The position numbers and the translations under genes were made by a program. The notes under the pieces were generated by a model, which was not told the origin of the DNA, made no database searches, and worked only from the letters and a program-made list of their open reading frames with translations. 64,000 nt of DNA from Podarcis pityusensis (lineage: Eukaryota), in NCBI GenBank assembly GCA_964106645.2, contig OZ067043.1; one strand, written 5' to 3'. Numbering within the stretch: position 1 is the stretch's first letter; each line of letters begins with the position of its first letter. Below are positions 35,232 to 48,213 of this stretch, in pieces.

Positions 35232-38200
35232 AAAACAAGCCATGGAGGAACTGTTCTATTATGTGAGAATGCCGGCCCCCACTTTGGCATGGGCAGCTCA
35301 AGAGGGTAGCTTTTCTGAAGAGAGACTGGCCAGAAATTGAGCGCTTGGGTGAGACGATACCGAAATTCCACCTCATATAGCAGCCAGGGACACTCATCCC
35401 CAATACACTACTAATGCAAGTTGCTAGTGCTTCCCTCTTCCCTTAAAAAGCAAGAAAGATGGGAAATTCAGGCCTTGCTGTCTGGAAAGGATTTTGCTTA
35501 TCCCCCTCAGATTCCAGTAAAAGGAAGAAAGCACTGTGTGTTTCATAACTGGGGCAGCCAGCACATCTGCATCCCTAGCTTCAGTCTGCTATGTGTCTGC
35601 AATGGCTCCCTTGAAGGTCACACACATGAATGTGGATTATTGGAAGACATAAAGTAGTATCTCTTTCATAGGATCGGTTTTCCAGCTATTCTTAGCATGG
35701 ATTCTGAGGGGTGTTAAGCTAATATTAACTTCATAGTACTTGGTATGTTTACATGGAAGGATCAAAGCATCCATTCTCTTGAGGGGGAGGCCACACTGCA
35801 ATGGAAATGCCCTTTAAAAAAAGTATAAGCTACCTGTGCTTTATCTTGTGAACCAAGCTCTTTTTGGTAAACGCTTAGTAGCAATTTTTGCAACATCTGA
35901 TTAAAGATGGCCTTTTTATTTTTATTTTTACAATCTTACAGCAAGATGGGTACTCCACCAAAAAAGACTCTGCACATACAGAAATCGAAACATAAATTGC
36001 TTGTAACTAACTACTGCCTGTACCCAGTGGACAACTAGCAGGCCATGTTTTTAACTACAGCAGCTTTCTTGCTTTGAACCCAAGTATAAAGGCAGTGACT
36101 GTTTTAAACTAATTATTGACAGGCATTTTAAAATATTTCTTCAGCTACTTTTTTTAAGCCATTCCCTTGGAGAATACCTAAGAGAGACCCAAGATCATTC
36201 CATAGATGTGCATGATTGCTATTTCTGACCATTTCCTTCTTTAGGGTTTGTTGTTTGGCTGTGTTAGACTATGTTAATTTAGGAATCCATTGCAGGGAGC
36301 ACATGGGGAGGACAGTCCAGAGTCCTGCAAAATGAAGGGCTCTTTCTCATGTACTTGACGCACCCCGAGAGAAAGATTTGTTTGCATTTGTTTGTGCAAG
36401 ACTTAGTTTCTTAGTACAACAATGTTTTGAGGAGAGGTGTGGGATGAGCTGGAGAATGCAACTGGCGTAAGGTCAAAGTTTTTCTCCCCTGTGTTTGGAG
36501 AATGAAGGGCGAAACCTTATTCTCCTTCTTCCACACAATGAGGCATGCACTGGTTTCATCGTCATAGGATAATTCAGTGTGCGCTATACAAAGCCAATCA
36601 AACATGCAACATACAGTCCATTGCTTCTGTTGCACAAAGCAGAATTACAGCCTCTTACCTGTTTACATAGACTACTAGAGACAAAAGTGACCTTGCAATG
36701 TTACTGGCCCAGCCTAGATGAACCCTTCCTGTGTGCAATAAAATTGAAACTGTGCTTTTAAAATGATTGCTTTTTACTTAATGGGCATTCATTGCTATGT
36801 GGTGATCTAAACTGTATTCGCACTTCTGTCTACAAATTGTAGGATCTGGCAACTTGAATGGGCAGCGACGGTTGCCAACCATGCTCACAAAAAAGCACAT
36901 ATATTCTCAAATAGATATTAGAAATGTCACTTATGTGCTAGCTAGGCCACTGTTCCACTCATTTGACAGTATTACTCATTTCATACCCATTTACTCTCTG
37001 CTACAGTGGCTAGTGACCTTGTTTAGAGTTAGGAAGGGTCTAGGTCAGTATTTTTGGAAGTATATAGTTTATGTAAAATTAAAATGAATAAAACTATTTG
37101 AAAACGGCTTGTATAGCTTTTCCCAAACAGCCACTTCCTTATTCTATAATACCCTGTGCCTTTTTGAAAACTTGAGTTAAAGCATTGTATCAAATTCCAC
37201 TAGGACTGTCTTCCCCATGGACACCTCTGGCTCAGTACACCTTTCCCAATGTACAACCATGCATGTGCTCCTTTGTTAGGCATAAATTTTAATTATTCTG
37301 AGCAGCTCTGAATCAGATTTCACAGGCCCCCTGACATACCTCACAAGAGGGAAGAGATGGGTATTGTGTCGTCTAAAGATCTTCTAGTTAAAGCACATTT
37401 GACTTTGATTAAAACATGCACCCTTGTTCATATTTGGCAATGCTGTATGCTTTCTCTACGTTGCTACCACCCTTGTGGCCTAAGAAGCATGTATTTTGAA
37501 CACACTAAAATTTTTCATAGCTGTTTCAATAGAGGCAAACAGATGCCACTACCAGGTATTATGGTAGGGGTAATGGTGGCTATCTGTGTATTCAGGCCAG
37601 CTGTGAGTGCAGAGCATCTATCACTGCAATCCCACTCCAGTTACTTGACAAAAAGCATTAAACTGAAGATCTGTTAGAAGCAACTCCTGGTTGTTGTTGT
37701 TTTAAAAATAAAGTTATTGTTGTGCTCACGTACAACTATCTTATGCACTGCAAAATACCTCTTCTCTCCCCACCTGCCTCTTAAGTTAACTTCATTACCC
37801 ACTTTGTTCTGTACCCAAAAGGAAACTTTGTTTACTAAACTGTATTATGCAACGTTTACAGGTTGCCACTGACTGGATGGCTAAAGCAGGTGCTCCAAAA
37901 GAGAGGTTTCTTTAGAGTTGGAAACATGATAAATCAAACTAGTTTACAAAAACAAGCATACTTACAGAAAGCAGAGCTGGAGGAATCCATAGTGGTGCTA
38001 GTAGCTCATGGTTCAAAGATGGAGCTATTCAAAGCTGACCAATTGCTAGGCTACTTATTTCTGCTTTGGATATTGTGGCCAGTTTAGGCTCTGGATGCAA
38101 ACACTACATAGGATTCACATGAGTGAAAGCAAGGCTTGAATGCAATGTCACATTGCCATGTTGCGATGCTGGAGTGTTGTCCTCAGCTTGCTAGTGCATT

Positions 38201-39145
38201 GCTGCTGTCTATCACATTGCTGCCTAGTGCAGTGGATTATGGGAGCTTTTGTTTGGCAACTGACCATTTTTGTGTGTGTTTCCTCCATCTGTAGTACTTC
38301 TAGTGACTTGATTATACAATGCAAGCCCTTCTAGCTTGCTGAATTCAAGTGCAAGCTATTCTATTTATCTTTTTTTAGCACTTTTGTGTTCATCCTTCTC
38401 TCAGCCCCTTCCCTCCTGGATAGTATTTGGAGGCTTAGAAGCTGCTTGAATGTAGGCTCTTGTAGGGCGACTGCCATTAATGGAAGGACCATCAGTACTG
38501 GATCCCAATCTAATGTGGTTCTCTGTTGAGCTTTCACTTTTAGAGATGTACATAATGCCTTCTCTGTATCTACTGGTCTCCTGGCCAGTTGTCCTCGCTT
38601 TGTTATTTTTTAAATTTTAATACTATGATTTTTCCCCCTCCAGGGAGAGAATAAGAGCACAGCAGCATTTAAAACTCCCTCAGGGGCTTAAATAGCACTG
38701 TATTTCTTGAACTTCTAATGCTTCCCTTTGTTTTGGTTCTATTAAACTGATGGTCAACTGTTACAACTTGGCTATTGGGGGGGGGGTAGAAACCTGAGTT
38801 AAGAGTTGTACAGTTCCATTGTAATGCCTATAGATTTTTGTACTACTTTTATTTTTTAAAAAACATGTATATTAGTGTTAAAGGCAAAGGTAACAAACTT
38901 ACCAACTGTATAGGAAAAGTGCAATAACATGGAAAATGACATGATTGAGAAAAATATTTCCCTTGTATTCTGTAATACTAATTTACTCTCCACTGCAGCC
39001 CCTCCCCCCATTACGTGTATTTTAAGAGACGTGACTGTGGGTCAAGACTTCATTTAGTGCTATAATGAAAGTCTGTTTTAATAGAGAGTAGAATGCACAG
39101 AAGTGCTGTGCTGTATAATAAAGGTTGCATTAACATTTTTTGCTG
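35232..39145 (+). other. DSTYK: Probable long DSTYK 3' UTR; 3' end uncertain
   Basis: No recognisable TE in the interval, U-rich stretches, AATAAA hexamers at 36737, 37087, 37707 and 39117; the last is followed by a U/GU-rich tract. Confidence 0.5.
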
Positions 39146-40859
39146 CTGCTTGTGTGGTTTTACTTTTCCAATAATTGTTCCAGAGACTTTGCTGAGTTTC
39201 GAATCTGTCACACCACCACCTGGGGAGGGTAGCAATAATACCTGCTAATAAACTGATCAAGTGGCTATTGAGCCACAAGGGCGTGGGTTTATGTTGATGA
39301 AGCTACAGCAGTGCATGCTCTTTGGCAATGGGGATGGATGGATGTCCTTGTGGGTACTGAACTGCATTACAAAATTCATCACTTATTTGGGGATGTGCCA
39401 GTACTGCCCCTAGGATAGTATACACAATAATAATCCCAATTCCTGTTGTAAGAGTTTCCACCTAATCTTTCTCTTCACTATACTATATTGCAGCCTTGCT
39501 TGATAAAATGCAATCTGTTTTTGCTGCAGTCAACATGATTACTACTCTGGATATGGCACGTTGGCAATCATGGATGTCAAAATCCTGTGGCACCTTAAAG
39601 CTGGCAAATTTTATTCTGGCATAAATTTCAATGGATTAAGAGCTCATTTAATCAGATAATCTTATTATGATGGGATCAAATGGGTTAGTCTTTGTAATTT
39701 TGATAGGCTGTTTTGGGTCTGCTCACAAGGTCCATTCAAAGCCATTTGTCCCATAGTCATTACCTCTTATATTCTACCATAGGCATCTTCAAGGTGGCCT
39801 AGGATTTTAGAGAATTAGTTTGGAAGAGATTTCTATTTTACTACTGCATTAAGTAATGTCTGGCAATAGAAAAATATAATGCTGTCACAATTTCTTACTA
39901 TAATATTAAAAAAAAACAAAAACATGCCTGCCTGTAATTCTGGATATTCAAACAAGAAAAAGCAAATACCATAAAACGGAGAGAAGTTATACACCGAACT
40001 ATAATACGGGAACAAAAATGCTCCTGTCATGTTCACCTCTATTGTAAAGATTCCCCAAACATCTCTTCTAAACGAATAAAACTTAATAAGCCATGTACTG
40101 ACATATCCTAATCCAGAGTTGCCTTGCTCTTCAGCAGCTCTTGACATATAGTGCCAGTTTTACAAATTTAATCAATCTCTTTGTAAATGCAACAGCTCTT
40201 GAAATTAGATGGGTACAGAAAAAGGCACTTCCTCTTGGCTGCTCTAGGCAGCCATGTTCCTTAACATGAATTCCTTTAACTGTTTCTAAAGGTTTAACAT
40301 CCTGGATTTAGATGGCAAATGAGACTACTCCCAATTACTTTTGCTGCCAGAGGGTACAACTTGGGGCATTTGGGATGTGTAAGAAGAGGGAAGGACTTAA
40401 AACATTTGAGGGCTAAATTAACACTTGCCTGCCCTGTTTTCTTTCCCACCCACCCACAGTTTTCAAGGTTATTTTTTCAGGCTGAAGCAATAGGAGTACC
40501 CATGGAAATGAGGGTATCCTGTGTACTATGCTCCCCTTCTCCCTTTGACATCCAGGTCTGCTGCTATTCCATCTAATTTATCCCTAAGGATTAATTAAAA
40601 ACTACAGCAGCAGGGCAGGTGTGCTAAAAAACAATGTACTGGTTAGAGTTAGTCTAATGCATACAGTAAAGGCTAATCATGGAGGCCAGACACATCTGTC
40701 CATGAAAGTTTGTGCTATAATAAAATGCAATTAAGTGGGTGCAAGATCTTTTGTCAGTGTGCGGTTGCTGGATTAGAATTTAGCGACGATTTGATTGCAT
40801 TCTAGGCTTGAATAAGGACAGTTCCCCCTTCCATTACACATCATTTTATTCCTTACTGT

Positions 40860-41231
40860 AGGGATGTGGGTGGTGCTGTGGTTTAAACCACTGAGCATCT
40901 TGGGCTTGCCGATTGGAAGGTTGGCAGTTCGAATCTGCACCACGGGGTGAGCTCCTGTTGCTCTGTCTCTGCTCCTGCCAACCCAGCAGTTCAAAAGCAC
41001 ACCAGTGCAAGTAGATAAATAGGTACTGCTACGGCGGGAAGGTAAACACCATTTCCATGCACTCTGGTTTCCGTCATGGTGTTTCGTTGCGCCAGAAGCA
41101 TTTGTCATGCTGGTCACACGACCTGGAAAACTGGACAAACGCCAGCTCCCTTGGCCTTAAAGCAAGGTGAGTGCTGCACCCCATAGTTGCCTTTGACTGG
41201 ACTTAACCACCTAGGAGTCCTGTACCTTACC
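40860..41231 (+). mobile_element. Sauria SINE, full length with target-site duplication
   Basis: tRNA-like head (GTGGTTTAAACC, GTTCGAATC), AAGTAGATAAATAGGTAC core, ACCTT tail; 13-bp TSD TATTCCTTACTGT at 40847-40859 and 41232-41244. Confidence 0.92.
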
Positions 41232-42056
41232 TATTCCTTACTGTCACTACTGTGAATGATCGTTAGGGCTAAACTGCATATTGTTCATGCTTAAACGAGA
41301 TATTTTTTCTTTGAAGAAAAAGCAGTCAGAGCACCATAATCTAAAAAGAGCTCCTGATTTGAATGGTGGTCCTACACCAGTTTCCTCCTGGAAATCCCCA
41401 CCCCCAGCTGCTATTTGCTTCCAGGAAATTGAATCCTCAGAGAGTTATTTATTTAAATCATTTCTTTACCTGTTCATTTCAGTAGCAATTCCAGAGCAAG
41501 TTACAGTTCATCCGCATACCTGATACAATCACTGCAAAAGAAGGCAGATAAGTTTACAGTCAGTCAATGCTAAAATAAACATTTTGGCACTAAACTGTAA
41601 CAAGAAGCTTGGGTGAATAACCAGGTCTTCAGCTGACATCCAAAGTAGTAGTTGGGGGGTTTTAAAAGGCGCAAGCCATATATTAGAGGGAAGGAAATTC
41701 CAAAGCTAAGGTGCCATCACAAGGAAGGCTTTCCTACACGTTGCACATAGCAGGGCTTAGCTAAATCAGTGGGTAGGAGAGATTTTCACAAGGAAACTGG
41801 CGCAGAGCCCCCATCCACACTGGGAGCATGTCATTGCTTCCCCCACTCCCCGGAGAATGGTGATGAGTTTAAGTATGCTTTTTCAAAAGTACAAATTACA
41901 TAATGTGTAGTTTGGCCCTTAACTAAATTGCTATACTTTATGCATTTCATGACCATTTGATCCCTGTTTTTTTCCTTTACCCACCAACACCTATCCATAT
42001 GTACATACATAATATGCCAACTAATGTTACAGTTTCATGGATTTGATAATATGTAT

Positions 42057-42248
42057 GGGGAGGTGCTGTAGCTCAGCGGGAGAGCACATGATTTGTATGA
42101 AAAAGGCCCCAGGTTCAATCTTTAGTATCTCTAGGTGGAGCTAGGAAAGACACTCATTTGAAATCCTAGACAGCTGTTGCCAGTCAGGGTAGACAATACA
42201 GGGCTAGATGGACCAGTGACCAAGCTCCATAAAAGCAGTTTCCTATGT
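42057..42248 (+). mobile_element. tRNA-derived squamate SINE (Squam3-like), old
   Basis: TAGCTCAGCGG A box, GGTTCAATC B box, GCCAGTCAG.GTAGACAATAC...CTAGATGGACC body, TTCCTATG tail; second copy at 60727-60906. Confidence 0.75.
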
Positions 42249-43543
42249 GCTAGTCCATGAAACCTTACACAAGTTTGTCTTTAAGGTGCTCAAGAAACTT
42301 ATTTTTAACTAGAACAACCTAACCAGGACTATACCTATTTGGAAACCTAAAATGTGCCTGGGCTTTTTCATATTTGGAAATCTAAAAAGCCACATGAGTA
42401 TAGACAAGCTTTTCAGCTGATCTCATGGAATATTGTGAACATTTCCCAGCATTTTCCTAGGGCAAGGTACACCAACTTGTCAACAAGTGAGTCAGCATTA
42501 GCGCAGGAAAATGAAACTGGATTTGTGCCTGTCAGAAAGACAGAGGTGCTCTGTTATAGTTCTTCAAAGTCTTTAGTCCCAATCATATAACCAGCAAATG
42601 TTTTATAGAAATCCCAATTGCCTATGAATTTAATGACAAAGCAAGAACCCCTCACAAAATAGAAACAGCCTCTATCACAGCACCGGTTGCAATCTACAAA
42701 ATTGAATTAGGCTGCCCTCTTGCATATATTTTTTCCAGCATCAAGCTAGGATTACAGGTACTCAAGAAGCATTGCCTCCTGCAAGTAAATACATTGCAGC
42801 AAACCTGTTTTCACTGGCAAGATGTCCCAGCTAATCTTGGCTCTTTGGCAAATAAACCTGTACAATATAGGAGTTTCCAAACACTCAGAGCAAAAAAGAG
42901 GGTAGTTATTTTCATTCAAAACATGTTCGAAAAGTTGCTGAAGAGACTCTTCTTCCACCCCTCCCAAATTTTGGCTATGAATTTTGGTAGTGGCCCTGGA
43001 CTTTGAGATAAGACTAAAATGGAGGACCAGGAAACTTCCAAAGAACACTAGAGAAATGCAGACATTTTCACCTCCAGGGCCACACTCCCTTTTGGACAAG
43101 GACAGGGGTCACTTACCAAGGGGTGGGTGTAGCCAAAGTGGGTGTGGCCAAACAAATACCGGTACCACTCCATCCAGGCAAGCAAAAGGTTCAAGGACAC
43201 ATTCCAGCCAGGTAAAAACACAAGATGGCAGTGCAGAGCAGAGCAGAACCAGTGAGAAATGTGGCCTTGGCAGAGTCCTGAGCACTGGACAGAATGATGT
43301 GGAGGCTTACTTCTGATCCCTGGGCCTGAGGTCTGCTCACCTCCCACTTCCTCACCCCACTGCCAATAGAAGAAGCAGGATGTTTGTTGTTGAGAAGCAA
43401 GAAACAAGGCATTTTGCCTCCTGTTCTTCTCAAGTCACATAGAATGCAGAAAGTGAACTGCAGCTTTCTTAGCATTTTCTTAACTTCTATAAGGCAGCTT
43501 ACCCCACACTTTGGGAAGAAACACAGAAAAAGTAGCACTTGTA

Positions 43544-43786
43544 CAATGGTACCTTGGGTTACAAACACCTTGGGTTACAAACACTTCAGGTTACAGACTC
43601 TGCTAACCCGGAAGTAGTACCTCAGGTTAAGAACTTTGCCCCAGGATGAGAACAGAAATCGTGCACTGGCGGCACAGCGGCAGGGGAAGGCCCCGTTAGC
43701 TAAAATGGTACCTCAGGTTAAGAACGGTTTCAGGTTAAGAAAAAGACCTCCAGAACGAATTAAGTTCGTAACCAGAGGTACCACTG
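43544..43786. mobile_element. Tc1/mariner (Tigger-like) MITE
   Basis: TA TSD; CAATGGTACCTTGGGTTAC / GTAACCAGAGGTACCACTG TIRs; reverse complement of 19014-19247. Confidence 0.9.
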
Positions 43787-44743
43787 TATTTGTTTTTTGT
43801 TTAATATATTACTGTAACTCACAGAGGAATAAAAATGTATTGGAAGGTAAATATTCCCAGCCTTACCTTGACTTTTGATTTTTGGGAGAAAGAATCACCA
43901 AGACCAAAAAGAACCTGGAAAAAGAAGTATGCCAGTTTACAGAAAAAGATGTCTATGTTGTGATACTCTTATCATTTTACAAATGATAATGGAGACACTT
44001 ACAGTCACTTTATTTGTATACCACTTTCCATATAAACATAACTTTTTTTGAAGTGCACCGTCCATAAAACTGAAATACTTGTGTATTTGTACCACTCATA
44101 TCCCTCCCAAGAAGCACTGTTATCGCTGCCACCCACTTAAGGAAAGCTAAAGATGCTTTCTGCTTGCTGCATCGTGGTGTGTTCATTTACTCTGCAACCG
44201 CCTGTCATGAACCTGCTTCTGAAACAATATGAGTTAGTAAATGCCCCAACAGATTTAACTGCTAGAGACAGAAGGGTTGTGTTTCTGGTGCTGAAACCTA
44301 TAAACGACAATTCCAGACTGTGTGGTAAGGTTATGTGACAGTAAGGGCAGTGGTTTATCAGAAATAGGTACAAGAAAATTTGGGATTTGCTTCGAAGGGA
44401 AGTCTAAAAACTACCCGCATGGAATCAGGTCAAAACACGTTACAGCTGCTGCTTCTACTACCTTTACATACAGCATTTAACAGCACTGATTGAGAAGCCA
44501 TTTCCCAAGCATAGCTACCCTGCTTTGCTTTCAATATTTCAGTTCTTTCTCTCCAGATATTTGCACAGCTGTCAACTTTCCCCTTTTTTTAAGGGAAATT
44601 CCCTTATTCCGAATAGGATTCCTCGCAAGAAAAGGGAAAAGCTGACAGCTATGGATATTTGTAATTTGGAGAGAAAAGGCGGCTCAGTAGATGCCTTTCC
44701 CCCACAAGCTATCACAACATGCCTCTCGATTTCCCTTTCAGGT

Positions 44744-44867
44744 CAGGAAGGTGAACCGGGTGCGCTCCAGATCTTGTTGGATTACAACTCCCATCAGCCT
44801 CAGCCAGGATAACCTGGTTGCAGCCGGATTTCAACAACATCTGGAGGCACGCAGGTTCCCATACCTG
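44744..44867. mobile_element. Short hAT-type MITE abutting the RBBP5 CpG island
   Basis: CTCCAGATCTTGTTGGATTACAACTCCCATCAGCC core; AGGTTCCCATACCTG right end. Confidence 0.75.
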
Positions 44868-44879
44868 CCCTAGAATAAC

Positions 44880-45510
44880 ATGCGTTACGCCAGCACCGTT
44901 TCCTCCTCCGCTGCCGCCCGCCTCCCGGAACTCTTCGCGCACGCTGCTTCGTTTCGAGACGGTGTTCTTTATTCGACGGACTCGGATTCGTAGCTGCCCT
45001 GGCGACTGCCTGCTCCTTACGCCACTCAAACCGTTTGCCCCGAGACGCTGTTCGCCGCCGTCCCGAAGCGATGAAGGCGACCGTCGAGGCTCGGAGTTCG
45101 GCGTGACTCGGAAGCCGGACCGGAGCCCTGCGCAACGAGTGGGCTGCGGTTGCGTCAGGCTGAGCCTTCAGCCGGGCCCCTTGGCTGGGTGTGCGCGAGG
45201 ACCCCTGGGTCCTTGGTTCCGGAGCGGGATCGGACGGAGCGAGAAAGTGGCCAAGATGAATCTGGAACTGCTGGGTGCGTGGCTTTTTAAATGGTCGTGT
45301 CGAGCCCTCCTCGGTCCTTCCCTTTGGTGGGGCGGGAGGGGGCCGGGGCGGGCGGCTGGGCTGCGCGAGGGAGCCGGGGCGCCTGGGACTTGGAAGACAG
45401 CGAAGTGCCGGGGCACCCGACCCGGACCAGGGGCTGGAGAAGCGCTTGGGCTGGGGCGGCTCCTGGGAGAAGGTCCCCCTCCTCACGCCCCTTGCACAAA
45501 ACGCGGCTTC
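44880..45510 (+). promoter_or_regulatory. CpG island promoter / first exon region of RBBP5
   Basis: Abrupt rise in GC and CpG density; ETS-like CGGAAG at 45109, ATF/CRE-like TTGCGTCA at 45150, GC boxes after the first donor; no obvious TATA box. Confidence 0.88.
45256..45274 (+). CDS. RBBP5: RBBP5 exon 1 coding part (19 nt)
   Basis: GCCAAGATG Kozak context, MNLELL, donor G|GTGCGT. Confidence 0.95.
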
Positions 45511-47680
45511 ATAATTCTTGGCAGAGTAAAACCGACTGACACCTCTTTTAAGTTCATTATCAGCTAACAAGTCAGGGGATGCAGCCCTGGGGGCTGGTTT
45601 AATGGCATGTAAATTCGTGGTCGCCCACCTTCGCTGCTCACCTCTTCCTCTCCTCCTCCTCCTCCTCCACTGGCAGAAACTGCTACCCTGAAGTCATGGC
45701 GGTGCTTGATTTCCCATGGCAGGTTTCTTTCCTCCTGCCTGCCCTGTTGCTAGGCCCTGTTGCTAACAAGCTGACAGTCCCGTTGCCATGGCAGCCATGC
45801 CAGTTTTGACCACTCGGTTTCTAGTGTCTTGGGACCAAAGAAGTTTCTTCAGGCTGCAGTATTAGTTCACACAGCCGTGAGTCAGCCCCACTGAACATAG
45901 TGACTGTTACTTCTAAGCAAGCATGTGTAGCATCGCACCATTTCTGTGTTTGTGCTGCCCAGCGTTTGGTTATGCGTCAAGGGTACACCCTAGGGATCAC
46001 ACATTTTTAACGTGCAAGATAAGCGTTGCCCGTTGAGTGTGCTGAAACATTGTGATACCCCACATTGTCCCTGGAAGATCTGGTTCACTTTAACCCGTTT
46101 GCCATCCTGCTCAAAGGTTTCTCAGAATTTGATCAGAGCTTTTCCTAGGCATATTTACAGCCCAATCCTAACCAGTCTCACTAATTTCTAAACCTGTTTT
46201 CAGTTGGTGTATTCTCGGTAGGGAAGGGAAATAATTTAGGTTCTTTAGCTTTTGATTTAAGACCGAGGAAGGATCAAACTGACACCTGGTGCTACTGCCT
46301 GTTCCAAAGGAAAGAGGATCCACATGCAAATTGCTCACATACACATACAAAGGATGAATTTGCAAAATTATTGTATCTTAAGCAGAAACCATTGACATTT
46401 TGGAAAGGTATTTGCAGGCCAACTGCCTCATGATATTTATGCAAGTGGTCCGTGACACATGCTACATGGGAAGACAAAACCAGAAAAAGCAGACTACTTG
46501 ACAAAGTGGGGAATCATTGCATTAAGTGCTAGTTCAGGTCTGGGAAGCCTTTTGGGCTCATCATCTCTGCCTCTTGGCCATACTTACTGGGGTTTATGGG
46601 ACTTGTAGTTCAGCAGTGTGTGGTGGGACCAAAGTTCCCCACACCTGTCCTAGCTGACCAGCCCCTGAATAGGAGAAAAACTGAGAGTCAAAGTGGATGT
46701 GACATTAAATGCATTTTTGTATTTAAGAAAGTTTTGAAAATGCAAATAGCATCAGCTGATGGGGCATGAGGGATTTTAACCCTTTTCCCACCTTTTATTG
46801 TCCTGAGAATAATCCCGCCTCTAAAACCAGTATCTACTTTGGGAAGAAATCCCCCATTAGCATCCCACGAATGGTAAGCCCACCCTCAGTTGATGTTATT
46901 TGCATTTTAAGAATTCTGCACATTCAGTGCAAAGATGCATTTTAATGTATATAGTTTGACCCTTATTTTATTAAATTTATTATCTTCCATCCATTTTTAA
47001 CACATTTAGATGGCTCACAATTGATGCAATAAAGCACCATAAAATATAGGTTAACACAAGTAGCCTAAACAATGTGAGCACCCCAGATTCAAAGCCCCTA
47101 TAAGTATGGCTTTACATATTTTTCTTCTACCTTCCTCACTTCCCATATAAGTAGGATTAGAAGCAGAGCCCTTTCTTTCTGAAGGTTATTACATCAAGGT
47201 AATACTGAGGTTATTCTTACAGAGAGTTGTGATAATTTTGTAATGCTTGGCATCTGCATGTTTACATCAAATGTCATGCACTTACATTCTGCTCTATAGT
47301 CTTATTTTATTGTTGCCTAGATAGCTGATTTGCACCCACCTTGCCAAGTTAAGAATATTTTAGTTATCTGTGCTTTGTTGCTAGAACTACCTCCAGATTT
47401 TGAACTATGGGCCCACTTAGCACTCACCACTGATTTATAACCGTGGTGGGGAACCTGTGGCCCTCCTGATGTTACTGGACTATATAACTGTTCTCATTCT
47501 AGATCATTTGGTGTGCTGGCTGGAGCTGATGAGAGTTAAGGGCCGATGTCTGACATTTGGGATCAAATTTCTCATAAACAGCATACTTTCATTTTTTTAA
47601 AAAAATTGAAGTATTGTATAACACAAAGAATGTGGTACTGTATAACTTATTTCATGCTTTATACTTCTGTTTTATTTCAG

Positions 47681-47706
47681 AATCATTTGGACAGAACTAT
47701 CCAGAG
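47681..47706 (+). CDS. RBBP5: RBBP5 exon 2 (26-nt microexon)
   Basis: TTTCAG acceptor; ESFGQNYPE; donor GAG|GTAAAT. Confidence 0.95.
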
Positions 47707-48040
47707 GTAAATGTCTCCCTCACTCAAAGTTGACACATTCTATTCTAATGTTGTTTAGCTTGTGACTTGGTTTTATTATGTTTGAAGACGGGAAGCAGAT
47801 GTTTGCTGAACTGCAATGTGGATACTTGGTGTTTGTTAAAGTGCATCAGGAAAACATGTCTATCCCTTCAACTTCTGATTTTTAATCTTGTGCATACTTT
47901 CCCTTCAGTGTCTAGGTGATCTCTCAAATAGCAGTGGCCTTACTTTGCCTGAGACATTTCAAAGGTGTGAAGCATACTGGCTATATAGCTTTGAAGTGAA
48001 ATTGGTTGACATTGATTTTTATACCTTTCATTGTTTTCAG

Positions 48041-48213
48041 GAAGCTGATGGCACACTGGACTGCATTAGTATGGCCCTTACTTGTACTTTTAACAGGTGG
48101 GGTACACTTCTAGCAGTAGGTTGTAATGATGGTCGGATTGTCATTTGGGACTTCTTGACAAGAGGCATAGCAAAAATCATAAGTGCTCATATCCACCCGG
48201 TCTGTTCTTTATG
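48041..48213 (+). CDS. RBBP5: RBBP5 exon 3 (173 nt)
   Basis: EADGTLDCISMALTCTFNRWGTLLAVGCNDGRIVIWDFLTRGIAKIISAHIHPVCSL (WD40); donor TG|GTAAGA. Confidence 0.98.

Noticed and set aside
44712-45570. Long ORFs (249 aa +, 256 aa -) over the RBBP5 promoter
   Set aside because: CpG-island artefact; only the 19-nt MNLELL segment is supported by homology and a splice donor.
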